This document shows, in pieces, positions 43,484 through 51,517 of a stretch of DNA of 52,355 nucleotides. The notes below the pieces were generated by a model, which was not told the DNA's origin, did not search any database, and saw only the letters and a list, made by a program, of their open reading frames with translations. The position numbers and the translations under genes were made by a program. The stretch is from a virus (lineage: Duplodnaviria > Caudoviricetes): positions 1 through 52,355 of the IMG/VR virus record IMGVR_UViG_3300020183_000108; one strand, written 5' to 3'. The first letter of the stretch is position 1, and every line of letters starts with the position of its first letter.

Positions 43484-43960
43484 ATGACCGCCTATACCGA
43501 CTCGCTCGGCTTCAATAAGGGCTCCGCAGCCTTCCCATCCACCTATACCAACCGTTTCACGGTGGTCGAAATCGATCTTGACTTTGCCAAGATCGCGGCT
43601 GCTCGTTCTGCGGCTGGTGTGGCTGCTCTGGCTTCCACCGATACTCTCGTCCTCTGCACGCTTCCGAAGGGCGCGTTCGTTTTGAACGGCTCTGCGGTGC
43701 TTGTGAAGGCTGAGGGCGCTGCTGCCAATATCGATGTTGGCGTCAGCGGTGGTACTACCGACTTCTGGATCGACGGGTTCGACCTGAATGGTACGGTTGG
43801 TGCCGTCGGTGGTTATGCCGACACTGCGGCGTATCTTGCTACGGCTGCTACCAATGTTCTGCTGACTGTGAACAGCAACAACATTGATACGGCCCGCGTG
43901 AAGATTCAGCTTGCTGTGATCGACATGGGCGCCGATCAGGGTAGCATCCCAAGCGCATAA
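43484..43960 (+). CDS. Capsid decoration/cement protein (putative)
   Basis: AAGGAG SD. 158 aa beta-rich protein directly after the capsid gene. Confidence 0.65.
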   Translation: MTAYTDSLGFNKGSAAFPSTYTNRFTVVEIDLDFAKIAAARSAAGVAALASTDTLVLCTLPKGAFVLNGSAVLVKAEGAAANIDVGVSGGTTDFWIDGFDLNGTVGAVGGYADTAAYLATAATNVLLTVNSNNIDTARVKIQLAVIDMGADQGSIPSA

Positions 43961-43963
43961 CCC

Positions 43964-43985
43964 GGTGGGGGCTCCGGCCCCCACT
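43964..43985 (+). other. GC-rich hairpin after the decoration gene
   Basis: GTGGGGGC-TCCG-GCCCCCAC, no U tract. Confidence 0.6.
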
Positions 43986-44003
43986 CCTTCATAGGAGATT
44001 ATC

Positions 44004-44366
44004 ATGGGTGTTTATAAGGGTGTTGCTCAGGATAACGTCACGATCAGCAGTGGCCGGGCTAAACTCGATTATCTGGCTCGCGGTATTCCTGCAATTAAGA
44101 CTGCTAGCTTTACTGTTGCAGACAGCGAAACGCATATCATTTGCAACGGCGCGGCTTCTATCACGGTAACACTTCCCAGTGCTTCAGTGTGGGTGGGCCG
44201 TGAAATCTTTATTAAGACGATTGCTGCACAGACGGTTGTGTCTGCATCGTCTAATGTGAAGCCTATTGGAACCAACACCGCCGGTACGGCTATCTTGGCC
44301 GGTACTGCCGGTACTTGGTCTTTGTTGGTGTCTGATGGCACTAACTGGGTAGTCATGGCTTCCTAA
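44004..44366 (+). CDS. Virion fibre/decoration protein
   Basis: ITVTLPSA...GREIFIK...LVSDGTNWVV fibre-tip-like motif. Confidence 0.65.
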   Translation: MGVYKGVAQDNVTISSGRAKLDYLARGIPAIKTASFTVADSETHIICNGAASITVTLPSASVWVGREIFIKTIAAQTVVSASSNVKPIGTNTAGTAILAGTAGTWSLLVSDGTNWVVMAS

Positions 44367-44392
44367 TGAGTAGGGGCCTCGGCCCCTACTCA
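44367..44392 (+). other. Perfect 11-bp-stem hairpin
   Basis: TGAGTAGGGGC-CTCG-GCCCCTACTCA. Confidence 0.65.
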
Positions 44393-44414
44393 CCTACCTC
44401 AGCGGGAGTTTGAT

Positions 44415-45260
44415 ATGCCCACCAACCTTACCGGCAATAAGATCAAAGATACATACAGCCAACTGCTGCATGTTGATGGTGGACCTGCTGCGTCTGAAAA
44501 GGTGGTTTATAGCGGCACCGGGGTTGCGACTGCATTGAAGATCGGCACCGGTTCGGTGTCAGTTGAGAATATCAAGATCGACGGTAACACGATTTCATCT
44601 ACCGACACGAATGGCAACATCAACCTGACTCCCAACGGGACAGGGAAGGTAATTATCCCAGAGGCACAATTTACAACCTTAGATGCTACCACATTCAGCA
44701 CGGTCAATGCTGCGGCGCACTTCGACCTTACCGGGACTACATTTACCGCAGACGGTACTGACACTGACATCAGCATCACCCTGGTCCCTAAAGGTGCCGG
44801 TAAAATTGTTGCCGATGGCGTTGGTATCAACGGCGGTATTTTATCCACCATAACCACGAACCAAAACCTGACCTTATCACCCAACGGCACTGGTGAGGTC
44901 GTTATCACGAAGCCATTTGGGTATGGTGGCTCGGGTACGGGTGGTACGGTTACGCAGGCTACAAGCCGCACAACAGGCGTGACACTCAATAAGCTGAGTG
45001 GTCAGATTACGCTGTTTGCCAGCACATCGCTTGCCGGGCATGCGTCGAACGAGTTTACCCTTACCAACAGCTTCATCGACGCCACTGACGTTGTTCATGT
45101 TTGCTTTGGGTCGGGTCTGACTTCGGCACAGTACGGTGTTACCGTAACAGCGATGAGCTCTGGCTCCTGCAAGATCACGGTGTCTAACTTCAGTAACTCA
45201 GCTACCCCGACTGACACGCCGGTCCTCAATTTCGTTGTTATCAAAGGAGTGAATGCGTGA
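44415..45260 (+). CDS. Fibre-like virion protein with three xLxPxGxGxV repeats
   Basis: NINLTPNGTGKV, SITLVPKGAGKI, NLTLSPNGTGEV and GGTVTQATSRTTGVTLNK. Confidence 0.7.
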   Translation: MPTNLTGNKIKDTYSQLLHVDGGPAASEKVVYSGTGVATALKIGTGSVSVENIKIDGNTISSTDTNGNINLTPNGTGKVIIPEAQFTTLDATTFSTVNAAAHFDLTGTTFTADGTDTDISITLVPKGAGKIVADGVGINGGILSTITTNQNLTLSPNGTGEVVITKPFGYGGSGTGGTVTQATSRTTGVTLNKLSGQITLFASTSLAGHASNEFTLTNSFIDATDVVHVCFGSGLTSAQYGVTVTAMSSGSCKITVSNFSNSATPTDTPVLNFVVIKGVNA

Positions 45261-45514
45261 TGGCCAAGACTCCCGCATGGCAGCGCAAGGAAGGTAAGGA
45301 CCCGAAGGGTGGCCTGAACGCCAAGGGTCGTGCTTCTTACAACCGCGCCAACCCCGGCAAGCCGGGCCTCAAAGCCCCGCAGCCGGGTGGTGGACCACGT
45401 CGAGATAGTTTCTGTGCCAGAATGAAAGGGATGAAAGCTAAGCTGACTTCAGAGAAGACAGCCAACGACCCGAACTCCCGCATCAATAAATCTCTGAGAG
45501 CGTGGAACTGCTAA
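45260..45514 (+). CDS. Small basic protein (DUF6321-like)
   Basis: AWQRKEGKDPKGGLNAKGRAS...RRDSFCARM...LRAWNC. Confidence 0.75.
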   Translation: MAKTPAWQRKEGKDPKGGLNAKGRASYNRANPGKPGLKAPQPGGGPRRDSFCARMKGMKAKLTSEKTANDPNSRINKSLRAWNC

Positions 45515-45515
45515 T

Positions 45516-45689
45516 ATGGCCGCATCCATCCCTAAGAACCCCGCCCTTTGGTCTCGCGTGAAGGCTGAGGCCAAGGCCAAGTTCGATGTATACCCAAGTG
45601 CCTACGCTAATGCGTGGGCCGCAAAGGAATACAAGAAGCGCGGCGGTACGTGGGGAGGCTCGGATAATCGGGTCAAGAAACGTGGCTAA
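45516..45689 (+). CDS. Small basic protein (DUF5872-like PSAY motif)
   Basis: Manual translation MAASIPKNPALWSRVKAEAKAKFDVYPSAYANAWAAKEYKKRGGTWGGSDNRVKKRG*. Confidence 0.72.
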   Translation: MAASIPKNPALWSRVKAEAKAKFDVYPSAYANAWAAKEYKKRGGTWGGSDNRVKKRG

Positions 45690-45912
45690 GGGCGGTCTCG
45701 GTAAGTGGTTTGGCGAGAAGTGGGTCGATGTGAAGACCGGGAAGCCCTGTGGTCGTAGCGGGGCTGAAAAAGGTTCTCGCGCATACCCTGCTTGCCGCCC
45801 CAAGGCCGCTGCCGATAAGATGTCCTCAGCAGAGAAAGCTACGATGTCTGGGCGTAAGACCGGGCCTGCGCGGCAATCTTGGCCAGTATCACCATCAGGA
45901 AAAAGACGATGA
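45682..45912 (+). CDS. Small basic protein with LxKWFxEKWVD and YPACRP motifs
   Basis: GTG start overlapping the previous stop region. MAKGGLGKWFGEKWVDVKTGKPCGR. Confidence 0.7.
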   Translation: MAKGGLGKWFGEKWVDVKTGKPCGRSGAEKGSRAYPACRPKAAADKMSSAEKATMSGRKTGPARQSWPVSPSGKRR

Positions 45913-46178
45913 CTATCCGCTACCTCAAGAGCCGCAAGGATGGATGGATTTTTGAGTGGGACCCGATCCTCGCCAACAACCCCAATGTGTACGAGGTAAC
46001 TGAGGAGGAGGCTTACCCGGAGCGGTTCATACCGACCGAATCCATTGCAGCCGTGGCTGCTAAGCGCACCCGCAAAAAGCGTGAGCCGCTCAACCTCTTT
46101 ACGGATGACATTCCTGAAGAACCGGGCTACACTAACGACGTTCTCAATGCTGAAGCTTCAAGGGGTCTGCCGACGTGA
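45909..46178 (+). CDS. Hypothetical protein
   Basis: ATGA overlap and AGGA SD. MTIRYLKSRKDGWIFEWD. Confidence 0.65.
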   Translation: MTIRYLKSRKDGWIFEWDPILANNPNVYEVTEEEAYPERFIPTESIAAVAAKRTRKKREPLNLFTDDIPEEPGYTNDVLNAEASRGLPT

Positions 46179-46828
46179 CACCTGCGGAAGTTATCGTGGA
46201 GGCGCGCAAGCTCCTCCAGGATACCCAATCCCCGTACCGTTATTCTGACACGGACCTGCTCGGGTATGTGAATCAGGTGTTGAAGCGTATCGTGGTATTT
46301 CGACCAGACCTATTTACCAACATCACTAGTATCCCGCTTGCGGCCAACACGGTCATTCAGGACCTCCCAAGCGATGCACACAGGCTGGTTGAGATTTACT
46401 ACATCGACAACTTCAATGCTGTAAGCGAGGTTGAGCGGGAAATCCTTGAGCGGGCTTACCCCCTATGGGTTTCGGACCCATCCGGTATTCCGTTCAATTT
46501 CATCCGCCATCCGCGCAACGCGACCAAGTTCTTTCTGTATCCGCGCCCTATAGCTAACTTGACGGCGACCGCTGAGTACGTGGTTGAGCCAAACAGCTAC
46601 ACCATCAACCAGACCATTCCGTACCTCAAGGAAACCTATCTCGGTGCTGTGATCGACGGTGTTGTGTGGCTGGCCTCCTCCATCGATGATGAGCATGTTC
46701 TGTCCAACCGGGCCAAGCTGTTCTATGATTCGTTTGTGCAGGCGCTTGGGGTTGACCTACAACAGCGGGCCTTGATCGATAATGAGAACGCCCCGGCACC
46801 ACCCATGGCAGCAGGTAGGCCGCAATGA
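46175..46828 (+). CDS. Head-tail adaptor protein (DUF6682-like)
   Basis: LLQD...RYSDTDLLGYVN...RPD and FFLYPRP. Confidence 0.75.
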   Translation: MTPAEVIVEARKLLQDTQSPYRYSDTDLLGYVNQVLKRIVVFRPDLFTNITSIPLAANTVIQDLPSDAHRLVEIYYIDNFNAVSEVEREILERAYPLWVSDPSGIPFNFIRHPRNATKFFLYPRPIANLTATAEYVVEPNSYTINQTIPYLKETYLGAVIDGVVWLASSIDDEHVLSNRAKLFYDSFVQALGVDLQQRALIDNENAPAPPMAAGRPQ

Positions 46829-47496
46829 CAAGCAGAGCTTTCTCTACCCTGTCAGCCAAGATCAGCGCGAGTGTCCCCGGGTGTCCGTATCCTCTGCTGA
46901 TACAATACATCCGAGATGCAGCTATTCGGGTCTGCGAGCGCGCCCTGGTGTGGCGCTACGAGCAGCCTGCGTTCAACCTGACGCCAGGGGTTTACGAGTA
47001 CAGCTTCAACAAGCCGGATGACACGCTTGTGCAGTCCGTGCTTTCGGCTACGCTCAACGACAGCCCTCTGGAAGTGTTGACGCTCGATGCAGCTACGAAG
47101 CTGTACCCCAAGTGGCCAATTCTTTCCACAACCTCCACAGCCATTGCTGAGAATGGTAGCGAGCCTCGCTCTTTGGCTCAGGTGGATGTTCACCGATACG
47201 TGGTGCTTCCGGCCCCGGATGCGAGCAAGACCTATTCAGTACGTATGATCTATGCACTGAAGCCCAGCCGGTCAGCACTTGAGATGGATGAGGCTGTGTT
47301 TGATGAGTATGAGCTACCCATCATACACTACGCTTTGCAGACCCTGTTGGCTCTGCCCCAGGTACAGTGGGCCGATAGAGCCCTGGCTACCTACCATGCC
47401 AAGCAGTTCTTGTTCACACTCACCGAAGCCCGCGCCCAGTCTAATCTAGGCGTGTTCCGGGGATCGCTTGCAATGCGCTTCCCGCCCTTCGCATAG
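46825..47496 (+). CDS. Second adaptor / tail tubular protein A-like
   Basis: VPGCP...AAIRVCERALVWR, LPAPD and LKPSR. Confidence 0.7.
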   Translation: MTSRAFSTLSAKISASVPGCPYPLLIQYIRDAAIRVCERALVWRYEQPAFNLTPGVYEYSFNKPDDTLVQSVLSATLNDSPLEVLTLDAATKLYPKWPILSTTSTAIAENGSEPRSLAQVDVHRYVVLPAPDASKTYSVRMIYALKPSRSALEMDEAVFDEYELPIIHYALQTLLALPQVQWADRALATYHAKQFLFTLTEARAQSNLGVFRGSLAMRFPPFA

Positions 47497-47505
47497 GAGG
47501 CGCCT

Positions 47506-47856
47506 ATGGACCCGCGCGTAACGGATACTCGGATCAGGCTGGTGCGTAACGACACTGGCCCGCAGATTCAGTTGACCCTAACCAATGAGGCCACGGGCGC
47601 TGCCATCGATCTGAGTAGCGCCACTGCTACCATGCACTTCAAGTCAGTGACCACTGGCACTGTGGTGTTTAGCCGAGCCCTGTCTATCCCGGCCCTGACG
47701 GCCACGCAGGGTATTGCAGTTGTGGTTTGGGGTGCGACTGACCTCAATCAGACTGCGGGTGATTATGATGGGGAGGTCGAGATTACGTTCTCCACGGGTA
47801 TGCGGCAGACGGTCTATGATGTCCTGAAGTTTCGGTTGCGCGAACAGTTTGCATGA
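47506..47856 (+). CDS. BppU-N-like Ig-fold tail protein
   Basis: LVRNDTGP, IDLSSAT and GDYDGEVEITFSTG. Confidence 0.7.
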   Translation: MDPRVTDTRIRLVRNDTGPQIQLTLTNEATGAAIDLSSATATMHFKSVTTGTVVFSRALSIPALTATQGIAVVVWGATDLNQTAGDYDGEVEITFSTGMRQTVYDVLKFRLREQFA

Positions 47857-48713
47857 GGATTGATCCGACCCGGATACGGATACGGGCAGTTGTACAGGCT
47901 GCTACTGCCAAGGCCACGGTTTCCGCTGTGGCCTTTCGTGCATCTGTACTCGTGCCATACATTCGGATTCGGACACTTTTGGGTCAGTTTTTCAAGTTCT
48001 TTCAACTCACTGATACAGTTGGGGTGTCTGAGGGTCAGAGTTACTTTGCTGAGGACTACGTTGAGCCCGGGTATGTAGGCGCCGGGTTCTTCATCAACTT
48101 TACCAAAGTCATTACTGACACAGTTGGTGTAACTGAACTGTTTGGCTTTTTTCGAGACAGAGCTGTCCCAGATTCAGCTACGACGACTGATTCTGCGGCA
48201 CTGACTTTTGGCGCGTCGAAGGCCGATTCAGCCACGGTAGCAGATACAGCGCCTACTCTCGCTTTTACCAAGGCCCCGGCTGACTCGACCAGTGCAGCCG
48301 ATGCGATTACGGCGTTTTCTGCATCCAAAGTTTTGGCGGATACGGCTACGGGTGCCGACAGCCCGGCACTCCTCGTAGCCAAGCCAGTTACAAATACAGC
48401 TTCAGCCGCTGATGCCTTTGTTGCCAGCGTCCTCAAACCACTGGCTGATACAGCTTCGGGAGCGGATACCCGCGTATTCGACTTTACCAAGATTGTCAGT
48501 GACTTAGCCGCACTGACAGACGCTGCCGCTTTATCTGCGTCAAAAGCCTTGTCTGATACCTCTACCCTAGCGGATGTTGTTGCAAATTTAGCGGGTAAGG
48601 GTATTATAGACACTGCGACCGCTGCTGATAGCGGTTTTGTGCTGATACAGGATTATTGTGACTTCACCTACTTTGCGGAGGACTACGTAGGCGAGTCCCG
48701 CACGTTCACCTAG
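47853..48713 (+). CDS. Tail fibre shaft-like protein with ~18-aa periodic repeats
   Basis: About 10 units of xxD(S/T)xxxxDxxxxxxxK, bracketed by YFAEDYV twice. Confidence 0.7.
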   Translation: MRIDPTRIRIRAVVQAATAKATVSAVAFRASVLVPYIRIRTLLGQFFKFFQLTDTVGVSEGQSYFAEDYVEPGYVGAGFFINFTKVITDTVGVTELFGFFRDRAVPDSATTTDSAALTFGASKADSATVADTAPTLAFTKAPADSTSAADAITAFSASKVLADTATGADSPALLVAKPVTNTASAADAFVASVLKPLADTASGADTRVFDFTKIVSDLAALTDAAALSASKALSDTSTLADVVANLAGKGIIDTATAADSGFVLIQDYCDFTYFAEDYVGESRTFT

Positions 48714-48723
48714 GGAGTGTATC

Positions 48724-49182
48724 ATGGGTACCATTGAGCAACTCAAGGCGGCGGGTAAACTCTCCATCGTCCTTAAAGATGAAAAGGGTGCGGTGAAAGA
48801 AACGCGCGAGATCAAGAATCTCGTCGTGAACACCGGCCTTGGTCATATCACCTCCCGTTTGCTAGGCACATCATCTAACGTGATGTCTCACATGGCTCTT
48901 GGCTCGGGTACAACCGCCGCTGCTGCCGGTGACACAGCACTCGAGTCGCAGCTTGGTTCGCGTAAGGCGTTGACTTCATCCACACAGAGCGGGTCGAATA
49001 ACGAGAGTGTCGTGTACGTGGCTACGTTCTCTGCCGGTGAGAGCACTGGGGCGGTCACTGAGGCCGGTATCTTCAATGCTTCGACTTCCGGTACCATGCT
49101 TTGCCGCACAGTGTTCTCTGTGGTCAACAAGGCCGCAGGTGACACCCTTCAGGTTACATGGACGCTGACCTTCTCGGCGTAA
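48724..49182 (+). CDS. Tail fibre attachment / tail structural protein
   Basis: NLVVNTG, MALGSGTTAAAAGDTALESQL and TEAGIFNA...MLCRTVFSVVNK. Confidence 0.75.
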   Translation: MGTIEQLKAAGKLSIVLKDEKGAVKETREIKNLVVNTGLGHITSRLLGTSSNVMSHMALGSGTTAAAAGDTALESQLGSRKALTSSTQSGSNNESVVYVATFSAGESTGAVTEAGIFNASTSGTMLCRTVFSVVNKAAGDTLQVTWTLTFSA

Positions 49183-49192
49183 AGAGGCACTG

Positions 49193-49999
49193 ATGACAAC
49201 CATCGTAACTCGCGCGGGTAAGGGTTCGCCACTAACGAACAGTGAAGTTGATACCAACTTCACGAACCTCAATACCGACAAGTTAGAGACCAGCGGTGGT
49301 AGTCTCACCGGTGCAGTGAGCGTTGCTGCCAGCACCACGGGTGCACTTGTTAGGATCACACAGACAGGCACGGGTGATGCCCTGCTTGTTGAAGATTCAG
49401 CCAACCCAGACAGCTCACCCTTCGTGGTTGACGCCACCGGTAACGTGGGCATCGGCACTACAACCCCTGCTAATAAGTTGTCGGTAGCTGCGGCATCTGG
49501 CGCGGTAAACGTCACAGTTACTAATGGTACCGGCACTCAAGCCGTTGGTGTAACATCAGGTAATGCCGGGTTGCTTGGTATGACCAGCAACCATGAGCTT
49601 GGTATCTACACCAACAACACTGTTCGTATGACCATTCAGGCTGCGGGCAATGTAGGTGTCGGTACCGCGTCTCCCGCAGTCAAGTTTGCTATCTCATCCA
49701 CTGATGCGTTGTTGATTCCTGTCGGCACGACCGGTGAACGCCCCGCCGGTGCCACAGGCTATCTGCGCTTCAATAGCACCACAACGAGCTTTGAGGGTCA
49801 TAACGGCACAGCTTGGGGTTCTATCGGTGGCGGCGCTACTGGCGGCGGTACTGACCAGATATTTTTCTTGAACGGCCAGACGGTGAACAGCAGCTATTCA
49901 ATTCCCAGCGGTCAGAATGCTGGTACGTTTGGAACTATTACTGTGGCAAGCGGCGCGACGGTAACGGTTCCGTCAGGTAGCACATGGACGGTGGTTTAA
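49193..49999 (+). CDS. Tail fibre protein
   Basis: KGSPLTNSEVDTNF, GNVGIGTTTP repeats and PVGTTGERP...RFNS. Confidence 0.85.
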   Translation: MTTIVTRAGKGSPLTNSEVDTNFTNLNTDKLETSGGSLTGAVSVAASTTGALVRITQTGTGDALLVEDSANPDSSPFVVDATGNVGIGTTTPANKLSVAAASGAVNVTVTNGTGTQAVGVTSGNAGLLGMTSNHELGIYTNNTVRMTIQAAGNVGVGTASPAVKFAISSTDALLIPVGTTGERPAGATGYLRFNSTTTSFEGHNGTAWGSIGGGATGGGTDQIFFLNGQTVNSSYSIPSGQNAGTFGTITVASGATVTVPSGSTWTVV

Positions 50000-50000
50000 G

Positions 50001-50954
50001 ATGCCCGTAAAGCTGAACTCCGCAGGTGGCGGTTCCGTCACCCTCACCACGCCCAGCACGGCGAGTGATTTTACGCAAACCCTACCCGCCGGGAATGGCA
50101 CTATATTGACCACGGCTGGTGTTACTACGCCTGTTGAGTTTGCTGCTGGCACAGCGGGGTTGCCGTCAATCACCACGACTGGCGACACCAACACGGGTGC
50201 GTTCTTCCCGGCTGCGGATACGGTGGCTATTGGGACAGGCGGTTCAGAGCGCCTCCGCATCGCCTCCGCAGGCCAGATCGGCATTGGCGGCGCAAACTAC
50301 GGCACCTCTGGTCAGGTTCTGACTTCCAATGGTTCTGGCGCTGCGCCGTCTTGGCAGGCCGCTGGTGGCGGCACAGGCGCGTTGAAGAACGTGCAGGTCT
50401 TTACATCGTCCGGCACCTACACGCGCACGTCTGGTGTTACCACGGCGGTTGTGATTGCTGTTGGTGGCGGCGGGGCGGCTGGTGGTGGTGCAAACGGCGG
50501 GACTGGTGGCACCACTTCTTTTGGTTCTCATGTCAACGCTGTCGGGGGGAGTGGTGGCGGGTCTGGAATTAATGGAGGGTTACCTGGAGCGGGCGGGACT
50601 GGGGGGACCGGAGCGACTATTGCAATCAAAGGAGCGCCGGGAAATCCTGGTACTGATGGAGATGGTAGTGCAAATTCTATGCCGGGTAATGGCGGCGGTC
50701 AGGGTGGCGGCACTGGTAAAAGAGCATCCTTTGGAAGCGGCAATCCTGGCGTAAGGGGCGGCGGCGGTGGTGGTATGCAAGATGGTAATTTAAATCCAAG
50801 TGGTGGTGGGGGGCAGGGTGAAACCTGCATAAAATATACCACCACTGTTGGGGCCACGGAAACTGTCACAATCGGAGCTGGCGGCGCAGGTGCAGGAAAT
50901 CCATTGGGTGGTGCAGGCGGCGCGGGCTACATCATCGTGTATGAGTATAGCTGA
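50001..50954 (+). CDS. Tail fibre protein with glycine-rich C-terminal domain
   Basis: GDTNTG-FFPAADT, GTSGQVLTSNG, VFTSSGTY, Gly-rich block and GYIIVYEY. Confidence 0.85.
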   Translation: MPVKLNSAGGGSVTLTTPSTASDFTQTLPAGNGTILTTAGVTTPVEFAAGTAGLPSITTTGDTNTGAFFPAADTVAIGTGGSERLRIASAGQIGIGGANYGTSGQVLTSNGSGAAPSWQAAGGGTGALKNVQVFTSSGTYTRTSGVTTAVVIAVGGGGAAGGGANGGTGGTTSFGSHVNAVGGSGGGSGINGGLPGAGGTGGTGATIAIKGAPGNPGTDGDGSANSMPGNGGGQGGGTGKRASFGSGNPGVRGGGGGGMQDGNLNPSGGGGQGETCIKYTTTVGATETVTIGAGGAGAGNPLGGAGGAGYIIVYEYS

Positions 50955-51247
50955 TGCTGCTTTCCATGATGGCTCCCCCAGGTGCGCCTGACCCAGAAGC
51001 CTTAATGAATTTCTATGCGGAGAAACCTGTCATGAATTACGCAATGGTGCAGGATAGCGTGATCGTGAACGTCATTGATTGGGATGGCGTCACGCCATAC
51101 ACCCCGCCCGAAGGCTGCGAGTTGCATCAGTGGGATGGCCCGATGAATATCGGATGGGCTTGGGTGGATGGTGCGCCGGTTGATCCAAATCCGCCTCCCC
51201 CTCCTGTTGAGCCTGCGGCCCCGTCAGAAGGGCCTACGGTAATCTGA
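50954..51247 (+). CDS. Tail fibre assembly-like small protein (start uncertain)
   Basis: YAMVQDSVIVNVIDWD...IGWAWVDG, after the Gly-rich fibre. Confidence 0.6.
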   Translation: MLLSMMAPPGAPDPEALMNFYAEKPVMNYAMVQDSVIVNVIDWDGVTPYTPPEGCELHQWDGPMNIGWAWVDGAPVDPNPPPPPVEPAAPSEGPTVI

Positions 51248-51516
51248 TGTTGCAGACCAAGCCCATCACTTTCGGCAAGTTAAGCGGGGTAGTCTATGAC
51301 TTCCCTGCTGCCGTTGATGATTTTCCCATGCACTCTCATGGTGAGGCTGATGTCCATATCACAGTGGTAGCGCGTGGTTCGTTCAAGGCCCATGGCAACG
51401 GGTGGGAGCGGGTTTTTAAGGCCGGTGATGTTGTTGATTGGAGGCCGAATGATCCGCATGAGTTTGTTGCGCTTGAACCTAATTCGCGCATAGTGAACAT
51501 TGTGAAAGGCTCTTGA
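51247..51516 (+). CDS. Cupin-fold protein
   Basis: PMHSH...HITVVARGS...PHEFVALE. Confidence 0.8.
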   Translation: MLQTKPITFGKLSGVVYDFPAAVDDFPMHSHGEADVHITVVARGSFKAHGNGWERVFKAGDVVDWRPNDPHEFVALEPNSRIVNIVKGS

Positions 51517-51517
51517 T

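Noticed and set aside
43460-43490. Capsid frameshift or readthrough extension
   Set aside because: No slippery sequence seen. The TAA stop is followed by a strong SD for a separate gene.
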